Source: a bacterium (lineage in GTDB: Bacteria; Sysuimicrobiota; Sysuimicrobiia; Sysuimicrobiales; Segetimicrobiaceae). From it: a DNA stretch of 64,000 nt. Within the stretch, counting starts at the first letter, position 1. The number at the start of each line of letters is the position of its first letter. Made by a program: the position numbers and the translations under genes. Below are positions 36,018 through 44,802 of the stretch, one piece after another. The notes beneath the pieces are model-generated. The model saw only the letters and a list, made by a program, of their open reading frames with translations. It was not told where the DNA came from and searched no databases. The stretch spans positions 3,230-67,229 of the forward strand of contig DASYZR010000112.1 in the NCBI GenBank assembly GCA_035945995.1, written 5' to 3'.

Positions 36018-36201
36018 ACGGCCTCTGACGGCAGCAGAGGACAACTCGTACTAGACCTCAACCGAAGCACTGTCGACGCATCTAAGCGGCCGAAAGGGTG
36101 GTCTCCGAACGGTCTCCTGCGGACCGCGCAAAACCCCGATTCCCGATTGGAGCGTTACGTGGCCCGATCCCGCGGAAGTGAGTGGACACGAGGCGAGATG
36201 G

Positions 36202-36432
36202 CTATCGGGTCAGCGCCTCGGCCTCCTGCTCCAGCCACTCCTCGACCGCCGCCCGCACGATCTCGTAGCTCGTCCCGCGGCCCTGACCGACGATCGGGCC
36301 GGAGGGCGTGCGCCGCGCGATCCACAGCCACCCGCCCCCACGGACGCGCGCGTACGCGACCACGACGCGGACCGTGCCGCTCGGCGTCTCACGCCGGATC
36401 AATTCGTCTCTCATCGCCGGGCCCGGCGTCAA
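36202..36432 (-). CDS. Hypothetical small protein (76 aa), translationally coupled to the upstream small ORF
   Basis: TTG start overlapping the upstream stop (TTGA). The VVVAYARVRGGGWLWIARRT segment is vaguely BrnT/RelE-like (speculative). Confidence 0.3.
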   Translation of the reverse strand: MTPGPAMRDELIRRETPSGTVRVVVAYARVRGGGWLWIARRTPSGPIVGQGRGTSYEIVRAAVEEWLEQEAEALTR

Positions 36433-36653
36433 CCCGCGCGGCGCAACCGGGAGTGCAGCGCGGGCACGGGAATCTCCACGTCGGCGCCGAGGCTCCGCAG
36501 CAATTCCACCGCCTCGCGGGTAAGCGCGGGCTCGCCGGCGACCGGATCGACGTGGACGCGTCGCCGCCGCCCGGCGGCGACGTCCTGAATGGCCTGAATC
36601 AGGGAGAATGCTCCGTGGGCTTGAAGGGCGCAGAAGAGCTCATCGCGGCTCAT
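36429..36653 (-). CDS. Hypothetical small protein (74 aa)
   Basis: ATG 36653 preceded by GGAGGCAG at about 7 nt. MSRDELFCALQAHGAFSLIQAIQDVAAGRRRRVHVDPVAGEPALTREAVELLRSLGADVEIPVPALHSRLRRAG. No family recognised. Confidence 0.35.
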   Translation of the reverse strand: MSRDELFCALQAHGAFSLIQAIQDVAAGRRRRVHVDPVAGEPALTREAVELLRSLGADVEIPVPALHSRLRRAG

Positions 36654-36775
36654 GACGGCTGCCTCCACTGGTGCGTCCGGTGCGACGACGAAAGGTGCGA
36701 TTTCGGACCGGCGATAACGAGCTCGGTACTCCGCTTGCGGCGTGGCACTTCTCGGCCGGTTTTCGGAAGTCCTGC

Positions 36776-37178
36776 TTAGCCCTGAAACGCGTCCCGCAGG
36801 ACGTCGGCGCGGATCGGCCGGTTGCCGGCGTCCAGCCACACCTCGACTACGTCGAACCGGCACGGGCGGTCCCCCCGCCCCGTGCGGACCAAGTACCGCG
36901 AGGCCAGCGCGACGAGCGCGCGCTGTTTCCGCGCGGTGACCGCTTCCGCCGGTGTCCCGAAAGCGGCGCCGCGCCGGGCCTTGACCTCGACGAAGACGAC
37001 GTCGCCGTCGTGCTCGCACACGAGATCGATCTCCCCGCGCCCCATCCGGACATTCCGCGCCAGGACGCGGTAGCCGCGCGCGGCCAGCGCGGCCGCGGCG
37101 GCGTCCTCGCCGATGCGGCCGCGCAGCGGGCGGATTCCCGGTCGCGCGGGGAGACCGGCACCTGAATGCGGCTCCAAC
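36776..37178 (-). CDS. yraN: YraN-family (UPF0102) predicted endonuclease
   Basis: Conserved block ALAARGYRVLARNVRMGRGEIDLVCEHDGDVVFVEVKARRG...RFDVVEV. Follows rnhB as in many Gram-positives. Start unclear (TTG at 37178 or CTG at 37126); the ORF has no internal ATG before the domain. Confidence 0.65.
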
Positions 37179-37191
37179 GCGTGGCCGGCCG

Positions 37192-38004
37192 TCAGGGCCC
37201 TCCGAGGAGTACGGGCTCGAACAACGGGAGCTGGCGCTCGGGAAGGAACGCACGCCGGTGAACCGGCGACGGGCCGTGGCGATCCAGCGCGGCGAGATGC
37301 TCGGCCGTCGCATAGCCCTTGTGCCGGGCGAAGCCGTATTCGGGATACTGCCGGTCCAGCTCCAGCATGAGCCGATCGCGCGCCACCTTGGCCACGATCG
37401 ACGCGGCGGCGATGCAGGCGCACGACCCGTCGCCTTTGACGATCGCGGACTGCGGGACTCCGCCCGGCAGGACGTGCCGGCCGTCGATGAGGAGAAAACT
37501 CGGAGGCGCCGCCAGTTGGGCGACCGCCCGCTGCATCGCGAGCCGCGTCGCGCCGATGATGTTGAACCGGTCGATCTCGGCGACCGACGCCTCGGCCACG
37601 GCGAACGCCGTCGCGTGCGCGCGAATCTCCGCGGCGAGGGCCTCGCGTTCCCCGGCGCGCAGCCGCTTGCTGTCGTCGAGGCCGCGGATCGGCGGCGCCG
37701 GCCGCAGCACAACCGCAGCGGCCAAGACCGGCCCGGCCAGGGGGCCGCACCCCACCTCGTCGATGCCGGCCACCACGTAGCCGGCGCGGACGCGCCGACG
37801 CTCCTCGCGGTAGAGGCCGCGCAGCCGCGCCGCCTCGGCCCGGGCCGCGGCGGCCGCCTCCCGGGCCCGCACGGCCAGACGGCGCACGAGGGCGCGCCGG
37901 TCGCGGGCCAGGCTACGGAGCAGGGATTCGGGAGGAACGCGGTACTCGTCGAGACGCCGGACGACGTCGGCCACCGTGAGCTGCCGGAGGTCGATCAGCC
38001 GCAC
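37192..38004 (-). CDS. rnhB: Ribonuclease HII
   Basis: GIDEVGCGPLAGPV and DDSKRL motifs. Canonical position downstream of lepB. Confidence 0.9.
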   Translation of the reverse strand: MRLIDLRQLTVADVVRRLDEYRVPPESLLRSLARDRRALVRRLAVRAREAAAAARAEAARLRGLYREERRRVRAGYVVAGIDEVGCGPLAGPVLAAAVVLRPAPPIRGLDDSKRLRAGEREALAAEIRAHATAFAVAEASVAEIDRFNIIGATRLAMQRAVAQLAAPPSFLLIDGRHVLPGGVPQSAIVKGDGSCACIAAASIVAKVARDRLMLELDRQYPEYGFARHKGYATAEHLAALDRHGPSPVHRRAFLPERQLPLFEPVLLGGP

Positions 38005-38043
38005 GCGCCGCGTCCCGACGGCCGCGCGGACGTACCTACCGGC

Positions 38044-38652
38044 TCAGTGGACGAAGCCGATGCGCTGCGGCGGCCAGTAGATGAAAATCGCTTTGCCGAT
38101 GATATTGGCACGCGGCACGTAGCCGAAGAACCGGCTGTCTTCGCTGTTGTTCCGGTTGTCGCCGAGAACAAAGTACTCACCGCGCGGGACGATCACCGGC
38201 CCGTAGTTGCCGAAATCCGGCTTGATGGTGTAGCTCTTCTCCGAAATGCGTTCACCATTGATGTAGACGACGCCTTCTTTGAGCAGCGCCCGATCGCCCG
38301 GCAATCCGATGATCCGCTTGACGAAGTCGCGCTGCGGGTTGAGCGGGTAGCGGAAGACGATCACGTCCCCGCGGGCGACGGGCTCCAAGCGGTACAGGAA
38401 CTTGGCGACCAGGATCCGGTCGTTGATCATGAGCGTCGGCTCCATGGAGCCCGACGGAATGTAGAAGGCCTGGACGACAAAGGTGATGATGACCAAGCTG
38501 AGCACGGCGGCGAAGATGCAGGCATCGAGAGTTTCGACAATCGAGGTGCGGACGACCGGCGGAATCCGGTACGTGCGCTTGACGATCACCCGGGAGGCCA
38601 CCAATAACGCCGACACCCCCAGAATCATCGAGGGGATGCTGAGGGACGCCAC
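38044..38652 (-). CDS. lepB: Signal peptidase I (S26)
   Basis: SGSMEPTL catalytic Ser box, VKRIIGLPGD Lys box, GDNRNNSEDSR box. Confidence 0.9.
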   Translation of the reverse strand: MASLSIPSMILGVSALLVASRVIVKRTYRIPPVVRTSIVETLDACIFAAVLSLVIITFVVQAFYIPSGSMEPTLMINDRILVAKFLYRLEPVARGDVIVFRYPLNPQRDFVKRIIGLPGDRALLKEGVVYINGERISEKSYTIKPDFGNYGPVIVPRGEYFVLGDNRNNSEDSRFFGYVPRANIIGKAIFIYWPPQRIGFVH

Positions 38653-38654
38653 GC

Positions 38655-38996
38655 CTAGCGCTTCTCCTTGATCCGGCTCTCCCGGCCGATCTTCTCCCGC
38701 AGGTAGTAGAGCTTGGCGCGGCGTACGCGCCCTTTGCGGAGGATCTCGATCTTCTCGATGCGGGGAGAATGCAGCGGAAAGGTTCGCTCGACGCCGACGC
38801 CGTGGGAAACGCGGCGGACCGTGAACGCGGCCCGCAGCCCGCCGCCGCGGCGCCCGATCACGGTGCCCTCAAAGGCCTGGAGGCGGTCCCGCCCGCCCTC
38901 CGCGACCTTCATGTGGACCCGCACGGTGTCGCCGGCGCCGAACGGCGGCAACCCCGGCTTCAGTTGCTGCCGTTCGATCGCGTCGAGCCTCTCCAT
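38655..38996 (-). CDS. rplS: 50S ribosomal protein L19
   Basis: [29 protein letters not shown]...KLYYLR conserved L19 sequence. Confidence 0.95.
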   Translation of the reverse strand: MERLDAIERQQLKPGLPPFGAGDTVRVHMKVAEGGRDRLQAFEGTVIGRRGGGLRAAFTVRRVSHGVGVERTFPLHSPRIEKIEILRKGRVRRAKLYYLREKIGRESRIKEKR

Positions 38997-39051
38997 CCCA
39001 CGACCCCCAGACGAAGTGACAGCGCATTATAGCACGCGTGCGTTCGTACCG

Positions 39052-39834
39052 TCACCCCTCGTCACCCGCGCCGTCGCCGGTACCTTGCGATCGCTCCGCC
39101 CGCAACTCCACGAGCCACGCGCGCGCCTCGTCGTCCAGTGCCGCCTCGTCGACCAGATCCGGGCGGCGGGCGAAGGTGCGGCGCAGCGCCTCGCGGCGCC
39201 GCCACCGGCGAATTTCCTCGTGGTGTCCGCTCAACAGGACCTGCGGGACGGGGTGCCCGGCAAGGTCGGCCGGACGGGTGTAGTGAGGATGGTCCAGCAG
39301 GCCCGCGGAGAACGAGTCCTCGCGGACCGACGCCTCCTCGCCGACGACGCCCGGGACCAACCGGCCCACGGCCTCGACGATCACCATCGCCGGCAGTTCG
39401 CCGCCGCTCAGGACGTAGTCGCCGATGCTGATTTCCTCCGCGCCGAGGATCGCGGCCACGCGTTCGTCCACCCCCTCGTAGCGCCCGCACAGGATCGTGA
39501 GCTGGGGGGACGAGGCGAGCGCCCGGGCCCGAGCCTGGGTGAACCGCCGCCCCTGCGGGCTCGTGAGCAGCACCGGCCCCCGCGCCGAGGGCGAGGCGGC
39601 GCGAATCGCGTCCGCGGCCCGCAAAAACGGCTCGGCCTTCATCACCATGCCCGCGCCGCCGCCGTACGGCGGCTCGTCCACGGTCCGGTGCCGGTCGTCC
39701 GCAAACCGGCGAAGGTCCCAGACGACGAGGTCCAGGAGGCCGCGCTGCCGGCCGCGGCCGATCACCCCGACGTCGAGCGGCCCCGGAAACACGTCCGGAA
39801 AGATCGTGACCACGTCGATGCGCATCACAGCCAC
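39052..39834 (-). CDS. trmD: tRNA (guanine37-N1)-methyltransferase TrmD
   Basis: MRIDVVTIFP...PPYGGGAGMVMK SPOUT knot motifs. The likely true start is MRID, 12 nt inside the ORF. Confidence 0.9.
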   Translation of the reverse strand: MAVMRIDVVTIFPDVFPGPLDVGVIGRGRQRGLLDLVVWDLRRFADDRHRTVDEPPYGGGAGMVMKAEPFLRAADAIRAASPSARGPVLLTSPQGRRFTQARARALASSPQLTILCGRYEGVDERVAAILGAEEISIGDYVLSGGELPAMVIVEAVGRLVPGVVGEEASVREDSFSAGLLDHPHYTRPADLAGHPVPQVLLSGHHEEIRRWRRREALRRTFARRPDLVDEAALDDEARAWLVELRAERSQGTGDGAGDEG

Positions 39835-40337
39835 TCCGGCGGCCGCACCACGAGCTCACCGGCCGCGAGGTCGACGGCCTCGATCACGCCTTCCACTGCC
39901 GGCACGAGGACCTCGCCCCCGCCGGACGTCCGGATGACGTAGACGTCGTTGCTGCCGGTCCGGAGGACGTCGACGACCTCCCCCAGCACCTCGCCGCCGG
40001 GGGTGCGGGCCCGCAGGCCCACAATCTGAAAGACATAGAATTCGCCGGGCGGCAGCGGCGCCGCCTCCGCGGCCGGGATCTCGATCGTCGCGCCGCGCAG
40101 GGCGGCGGCCTCCTCGACCGTGTCGATCCCGGCCAGCTTCATGGCCACGAAGCGGCCGGCCGGCTCAGCGGACTCCACCGCGAGCATCCGCGCGGCGCCC
40201 CCCTGCACGACCGCGACGCGCCGGAGGCGCGGCAGGCGCTCGGGGAAGTCCGTGACCGGCAGTACCCGGATCGCTCCGTGCAGGCCGTGCGGCCGCGTGA
40301 CCTCGCCGACCACGATGAGGTCGCGCGGCGGGATCAC
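39825..40337 (-). CDS. rimM: 16S rRNA processing protein RimM
   Basis: MIPPRDLIVVGEVTRPHGLHGAIRV N-terminal barrel plus PRC domain. Canonical rimM-trmD order. Confidence 0.9.
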   Translation of the reverse strand: MIPPRDLIVVGEVTRPHGLHGAIRVLPVTDFPERLPRLRRVAVVQGGAARMLAVESAEPAGRFVAMKLAGIDTVEEAAALRGATIEIPAAEAAPLPPGEFYVFQIVGLRARTPGGEVLGEVVDVLRTGSNDVYVIRTSGGGEVLVPAVEGVIEAVDLAAGELVVRPPEWL

Positions 40338-40792
40338 CCGCCGCCGGGCGTGATCAACGTCGACGCGGCCGACGTGGCCGGCGCGCCCTCCCGGATCTCC
40401 ATCACGATTCCGTCTTTCACGATGATCTCCGCGCGCGAGATCTTGTCGAACAGGTTGTCGCCGACGTTGACCTCGGCGACCCCTTCGATCGTGCCCTGCG
40501 TGAACTCTTCGTTGAGCTTGAGGTCCTGCGCTTCGCGCAGCCGGGCGGTCAGCTCCGCGCGCGCCGCGTCCTGCCGCGCCCGCTCGAGGTCGAGCTGCTG
40601 CCGGACGGCGCGCGACTGCGGCGAGACCTGCCGCTCGAGTTCGAAGCGCCGGGCCTGCACGTCGATCTGCTGGACCACCGCGTCGACGCGCTTGATGGCG
40701 TCTTCGAGATCGGCGACGTACAACCGTTTGAAGGCGTCGGTCACGATCGTCTTGATGAGGATCGGCCGCTGCACCGTAATCGACGGCATCAC
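40334..40792 (-). CDS. ylqD: YlqD-family protein
   Basis: 152-aa coiled-coil-like protein between the KH protein and rimM, exactly where ylqD sits in Bacillus-type operons. Confidence 0.65.
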   Translation of the reverse strand: MMPSITVQRPILIKTIVTDAFKRLYVADLEDAIKRVDAVVQQIDVQARRFELERQVSPQSRAVRQQLDLERARQDAARAELTARLREAQDLKLNEEFTQGTIEGVAEVNVGDNLFDKISRAEIIVKDGIVMEIREGAPATSAASTLITPGGG

Positions 40793-40806
40793 TGTCCTCC
40801 TCTTCG

Positions 40807-41030
40807 TTAGGGGCGCAGAATCTCCACGTTCACACGCTTGCCGCTTCCCGTCGCGGACGCGCGCGCCAATGTGCGAATCGCCTTGATGATCCGGCCGCCC
40901 CGCCCGATCAGCTTGCCGACGTCGTCCGCGGCCACCCGGACCTCGATCGTGGCCGTCTGCGGACCGTCGACGACCTGCACGTCGACCGCGTCGGGATGAT
41001 CGACGAGGGACCGCGCCACGAGTTCGACGA
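40807..41030 (-). CDS. KH-domain RNA-binding protein (UPF0109/YlqC-like)
   Basis: GTG start 4 nt after the rpsP stop. VKALVELVARSLVDHPDAVDV...VGKLIGRGGRIIKAIRTLA with the GRGG KH motif. The upstream part of ORF 40807..41142 is treated as non-coding read-through. Confidence 0.75.
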
Positions 41031-41036
41031 GCGCCT

Positions 41037-41315
41037 TCACCGCGGCGCCTTGGCCCGGCTCTCTTCCCACTGGCGGAGCACGCCGGTCCGCTCGAGAATG
41101 ACGCGGGCGGCGTCCGACGGCCGGGCCCCCTTGCGCAGCCACGCCAGGACCTTCTCGGTGTTCACCTGCATCGTCGACGGCTCGGTCCGCGGATTGTAGA
41201 ACCCGACGCTGTCGAGATATTTGCCGCCGCGCGGGCTGCGGGAATCGGCGACCACCAGCCGGTAGAACGGCTGCCCCTTCGCTCCACGGCGGGTTAACCG
41301 GATCTTGACGCTCAT
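41037..41315 (-). CDS. rpsP: 30S ribosomal protein S16
   Basis: [35 protein letters not shown] canonical S16 sequence. Confidence 0.95.
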   Translation of the reverse strand: [92 protein letters not shown]

Positions 41316-41336
41316 GGCTCCCTCCCTCTCCTCGGG

Positions 41337-42683
41337 TTACGGGGCCGGCGGCGTCGGCAGCCTGCCGAGCCTTCCGGCGCGCCGGCCCATGCTCTCGAGC
41401 TGTTTCAACATCTTCTTCGCCTCCGTGAACTGCCGCAGCAACCGGTTGACCTCCTGAACGGAGGTGCCGCTGCCCCGCGCGATGCGCCGCCGGCGGCTGC
41501 CGTCGATCACCTCCGGGTGCCGGCGTTCGCCCGGGGTCATCGAGTTGATCATCGCCTCGATCCGCGTCAGCTGGCGCTCGTCAACCTCGCCGGCCGCATC
41601 CCCCGCCCGGCGGGCGTTCAGCCCCGGGATCATGCCCAGCACCTGATCCAGCGGCCCCATAGCCCGCACCTGACGGAGCTGCTTGGTGAAATCCTCGAGC
41701 GTGAAGTCGGCGCGGCGCAGCTTGCGCTCCATCTCCCGCGCCTCGTCCACCGTCACCTGTTCCTGCGCCTTCTCGATCAGGGTGAGGACGTCGCCCATGC
41801 CGAGAATCCGGGAGGCCATCCGGTCCGGATGGAACGCCTCGAGCGCCTCGAGCCGCTCGCCGGTCCCGACGTAGAGAATGGGGACGCCGAGCGTCGCCAC
41901 CACGGACAGCGCGGCGCCGCCGCGCGCGTCGCCGTCGAGCTTCGTCAGAATCACGCCGTCGAGCGGCACCGCCCGGTGAAACCCCTCCGCCATCCGGACG
42001 GCGTCCTGGCCGGCCATGGCGTCGAGCACGAGGAGCGTGTAGTGGGGGGACACCGCCTCGCGGATGCGCGCGAGTTCGGCCACCAGGTCGCCGTCGACGT
42101 GCAGCCGGCCGGCGCTGTCGACGATGAGCGTGTCGGCCACCCGGTCCCGGCACACGGCGAGTGCCCGGCGCGCGACCGCGACGGCGTCCTCCCCGGGCTG
42201 GGGGGCCACGACCGGCACGCCGGCGCGCTCGCCGACGATCTCGAGCTGGCGCACGGCGGCCGGCCGCGAGAGATCCGCCGCGGCCAGGACCGGGTGCCGC
42301 CCCCGCTTCGCCAGGTGCACGGCCAGCTTGCCGGCCGTCGTGGTCTTGCCGGTACCGTGCAGGCCGGCGAGGAGAATCACGGTCGGAGGGTGCGGCGCCG
42401 GGGCGAGCGGGCGGTGCGTCTCGCCGAGGAGCCGCACGAGCTCGTCGTGGACGATCTGCACGACCTGCTGTCCCGGCGTGAGGCTCTTCCAGACCTCCTG
42501 CCCCACCGCCGCCTCGCGCACGCGACCGATGAAGTCACGCGCGAGCTTCACGTTGACGTCCGCCTCGAGCAGCACGAGCCGGATCTCCCGAAGCGCCTGA
42601 TCGACGTCCGCCTCCGAGAGCGCCCCCCGTCCGCGCAGGCGATTGAGAATGCCGCCGAGCCGCGTCTGCAGCTGTTCAAACAT
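41337..42683 (-). CDS. ffh: Signal recognition particle protein Ffh
   Basis: N domain; G domain GLHGTGKTTTAGKLA and TKLDGDARGG; Met-rich M domain at the C-terminus. Confidence 0.95.
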   Translation of the reverse strand: MFEQLQTRLGGILNRLRGRGALSEADVDQALREIRLVLLEADVNVKLARDFIGRVREAAVGQEVWKSLTPGQQVVQIVHDELVRLLGETHRPLAPAPHPPTVILLAGLHGTGKTTTAGKLAVHLAKRGRHPVLAAADLSRPAAVRQLEIVGERAGVPVVAPQPGEDAVAVARRALAVCRDRVADTLIVDSAGRLHVDGDLVAELARIREAVSPHYTLLVLDAMAGQDAVRMAEGFHRAVPLDGVILTKLDGDARGGAALSVVATLGVPILYVGTGERLEALEAFHPDRMASRILGMGDVLTLIEKAQEQVTVDEAREMERKLRRADFTLEDFTKQLRQVRAMGPLDQVLGMIPGLNARRAGDAAGEVDERQLTRIEAMINSMTPGERRHPEVIDGSRRRRIARGSGTSVQEVNRLLRQFTEAKKMLKQLESMGRRAGRLGRLPTPPAP

Positions 42684-43413
42684 CGCGGCCCTCGTAGACC
42701 CGAAATCCCCCGCCGCGCTCGATCTCGCTCACGCGTTCGAAGACCTCGTTCATGCACCGCGCGAGACTCCGCGCCCCCTGGCTCGTGCGGGCGACCAGAT
42801 AGAAGCGGCCGGCGGGCGCCAGATGCGCGCGCGCATCCCGCACAAGCCGCACGACGGCGCTCCGGCCGGCCCGGATCGGCGGGTTGAGGAGGACGAGATC
42901 GAAGCGCATCGCATCGACCGGGGCGCACCCGTCCCCCGTCCGCACCTCGGCGTTCCGCACGCCGTTCTCGCGCACGTTCGCGGCGGCGAGCGCCGCGGCG
43001 CGCGGGTTGATGTCCACGAGCACGACGCGCGCCCGCGGCGCGCGGGCGGCGATGACCACGCCGACCGGGCCGTAGCCGCAGCCGAGATCCAGCACCGTCG
43101 CGGCGTCGCCCGGATCCACGGCCTCGAGCATCAGGCGCGTCCCGCGATCGACGCCGCCGCGCGAGAACACCCCGGCGGCGGTATGAAACCGGTATTCGCG
43201 TCCGCGGTCCTGAAACCGGACCACGCGCGGCCGTCCCGGGGGGTCCGGCGGCGCCGGGGAGAAGTAGTGCGACGCCGGCGCATCCCGCCGGCTAGTCCCG
43301 CGCAAGCGGGGCGACGCCGGCGCATCCCGCCGGCTAGTCCCGCGCAAGCGGGGCGACGTCGGCGCATCCCGCCGGCTAGTCCCGCGCAAGCGGGGCGACG
43401 CCGCCGCGGTCAC
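42676..43413 (-). CDS. Class I SAM-dependent methyltransferase (small MTS domain, RsmC/RlmG-like) with repeat-encoded N-terminus
   Basis: VLDLGCGYGPVG SAM motif I, LLNPPI (motif IV NPPxx-like). GTG start immediately after the ylxM stop. The first ~45 codons are encoded by the 42-bp tandem repeat, so the true start may be further in (GTG at about 43224, VVRFQDRGREYRFHTAAGVFS). Confidence 0.7.
   Translation of the reverse strand: MTAAASPRLRGTSRRDAPTSPRLRGTSRRDAPASPRLRGTSRRDAPASHYFSPAPPDPPGRPRVVRFQDRGREYRFHTAAGVFSRGGVDRGTRLMLEAVDPGDAATVLDLGCGYGPVGVVIAARAPRARVVLVDINPRAAALAAANVRENGVRNAEVRTGDGCAPVDAMRFDLVLLNPPIRAGRSAVVRLVRDARAHLAPAGRFYLVARTSQGARSLARCMNEVFERVSEIERGGGFRVYEGRDV
43270..43405. repeat. 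Perfect 42-bp tandem repeat x3.3 (gcgacgccggcgcatcccgccggctagtcccgcgcaagcggg)
   Basis: Read directly. Three full units with a single c/t difference plus a partial fourth. Encodes SPRLRGTSRRDAP[T/A] x3 in the MTase reading frame (minus strand). Confidence 0.9.
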
Positions 43414-43820
43414 ACGATCTCCCGCAGCGCCCGCAACGCCCGCAGCAACGGGGCGGTGTCGGCGCCCGCGGCGGCGAGGCGGGCGGCTTCGTGCTCGACC
43501 GCGTCCAGCCGGACCGCCGCCGTGGTGCGGCTGCGGCCGTTCCGCCGGTGACCGGCGAGCACCCGCAGCCGCGCTTCGAGGTGCCGCATCTCGGTTGTCG
43601 CGCGCCGGAGGCCGTCGAACACCGCCTGCCGGCTGACCCGCAGGCGCCCGGCGATCTCCCCGAGCGAGAGGTCCTCGTGATAGTACATCCGCACCAGCAA
43701 CTGCTGCCGCGCCGTGAGCAGACCGGCGTACGCGTCGAACAGCCCGATCACGGCGGTCCGATCATCGAGGGTGCGGACGCGGGGAGGTATCTTGTGTAAA
43801 GGCATAGTCCTTGACGCCAT
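43410..43820 (-). CDS. ylxM: YlxM/p13-family putative DNA-binding protein (UPF0122)
   Basis: sigma70-region-4-like HTH (LVRMYYHEDLSLGEIAGRLRVSRQAVFDGLRRA). Conserved position between ftsY and ffh. Confidence 0.8.
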   Translation of the reverse strand: MASRTMPLHKIPPRVRTLDDRTAVIGLFDAYAGLLTARQQLLVRMYYHEDLSLGEIAGRLRVSRQAVFDGLRRATTEMRHLEARLRVLAGHRRNGRSRTTAAVRLDAVEHEAARLAAAGADTAPLLRALRALREIV

Positions 43821-43860
43821 TATAGCACATCCCGCGGGCGCGGGACGGAAGCGCCGGAGC

Positions 43861-44784
43861 TTAAGCTTCGAGCAACGCCTCGACGAACGCGCGGGGATCG
43901 AACGGCTGGAGGTCGTCCATGCCTTCCCCGAACCCGACCAGCTTGACCGGCAGCCGCAGCTCGTCGGCGATCGCCACGGCGATCCCGCCGCGGGCCGTGC
44001 CGTCGAGCTTGGTCAGCACCACGCCCGTCACCGGCAGCGCCGCGGCGAACTGCCGCGCCTGCGCGATGCCGTTCTGGCCGGTCGTGGCATCCAGCACGAG
44101 AAGCGACTCGACGGAGGCCCCCGGCAGCTCACGCCGCAGCACGCGGTCGAGCTTCTTGAGCTCGTCCATGAGGTTCGTCTTGGTGTGGAGCCGGCCCGCC
44201 GTGTCCACGATCAGCACGTCGGTGTGGCGCGCCCGGGCGGCCTGCGCCGCGTCGTACACCACGGCGGCCGGATCGGAGCCCTCGGCGTGCCGCACCAGGT
44301 CCACGCCGGCGCGCTCCGTCCACACCTCCAACTGATCGATCGCGGCCGCCCGGAACGTGTCGGCGGCGGCGACGAGCACGCGGCGGCCGTCCGCGCGCAG
44401 CCGGTGGGCCAGCTTGCCGATCGTCGTCGTTTTGCCGGCCCCGTTCACCCCGAGCACCACGATGCCGGCCGGCGGCGGGTCGAGACGCAGCGGCGCCGGG
44501 TCTCCGAGCGTCGCGAGCACGACGTCGACGAGCGCCTGCCTGAGCCCCTCCGCGGTCCGTGCGGCCGCGCCGAGCTCGCCGGAGCGGGCACGATCCCGGA
44601 GCCGCGCGACGACGGTCTCGGTCGTGTGGACGCCGAGGTCGGCCCCGAGCAGGGCTTCCTCGAGATCCGCATAGAACGACTCGTCCACTTCGCGGCCGAG
44701 CAGGCCGTCGAGCTGCGCCGCGAGGGCCTGGCGCGTCTTCGCCAAGCCCTCGCGGAACCGGCCGAACCACCCGCCGCGTGCCAT
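43861..44784 (-). CDS. ftsY: Signal recognition particle receptor FtsY (NG domain only)
   Basis: GVNGAGKTTTIGKLA, DTAGRL and TKLDGTARGG motifs. Confidence 0.95.
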   Translation of the reverse strand: MARGGWFGRFREGLAKTRQALAAQLDGLLGREVDESFYADLEEALLGADLGVHTTETVVARLRDRARSGELGAAARTAEGLRQALVDVVLATLGDPAPLRLDPPPAGIVVLGVNGAGKTTTIGKLAHRLRADGRRVLVAAADTFRAAAIDQLEVWTERAGVDLVRHAEGSDPAAVVYDAAQAARARHTDVLIVDTAGRLHTKTNLMDELKKLDRVLRRELPGASVESLLVLDATTGQNGIAQARQFAAALPVTGVVLTKLDGTARGGIAVAIADELRLPVKLVGFGEGMDDLQPFDPRAFVEALLEA

Positions 44785-44802
44785 CAGGTCAGAACGCGTC
44801 GG

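Noticed and set aside
36018-36060. Weak hairpin (cctctg-N7-cagagg) after the DUF1059 gene as an intrinsic terminator
   Set aside because: Only a 6-bp stem with no U-tract. Too weak to list as a feature.
43270-43405. Tandem repeats as a CRISPR array
   Set aside because: The units are contiguous with no spacers, only 3.3 copies, no cas genes in the window, and they lie in a reading frame.
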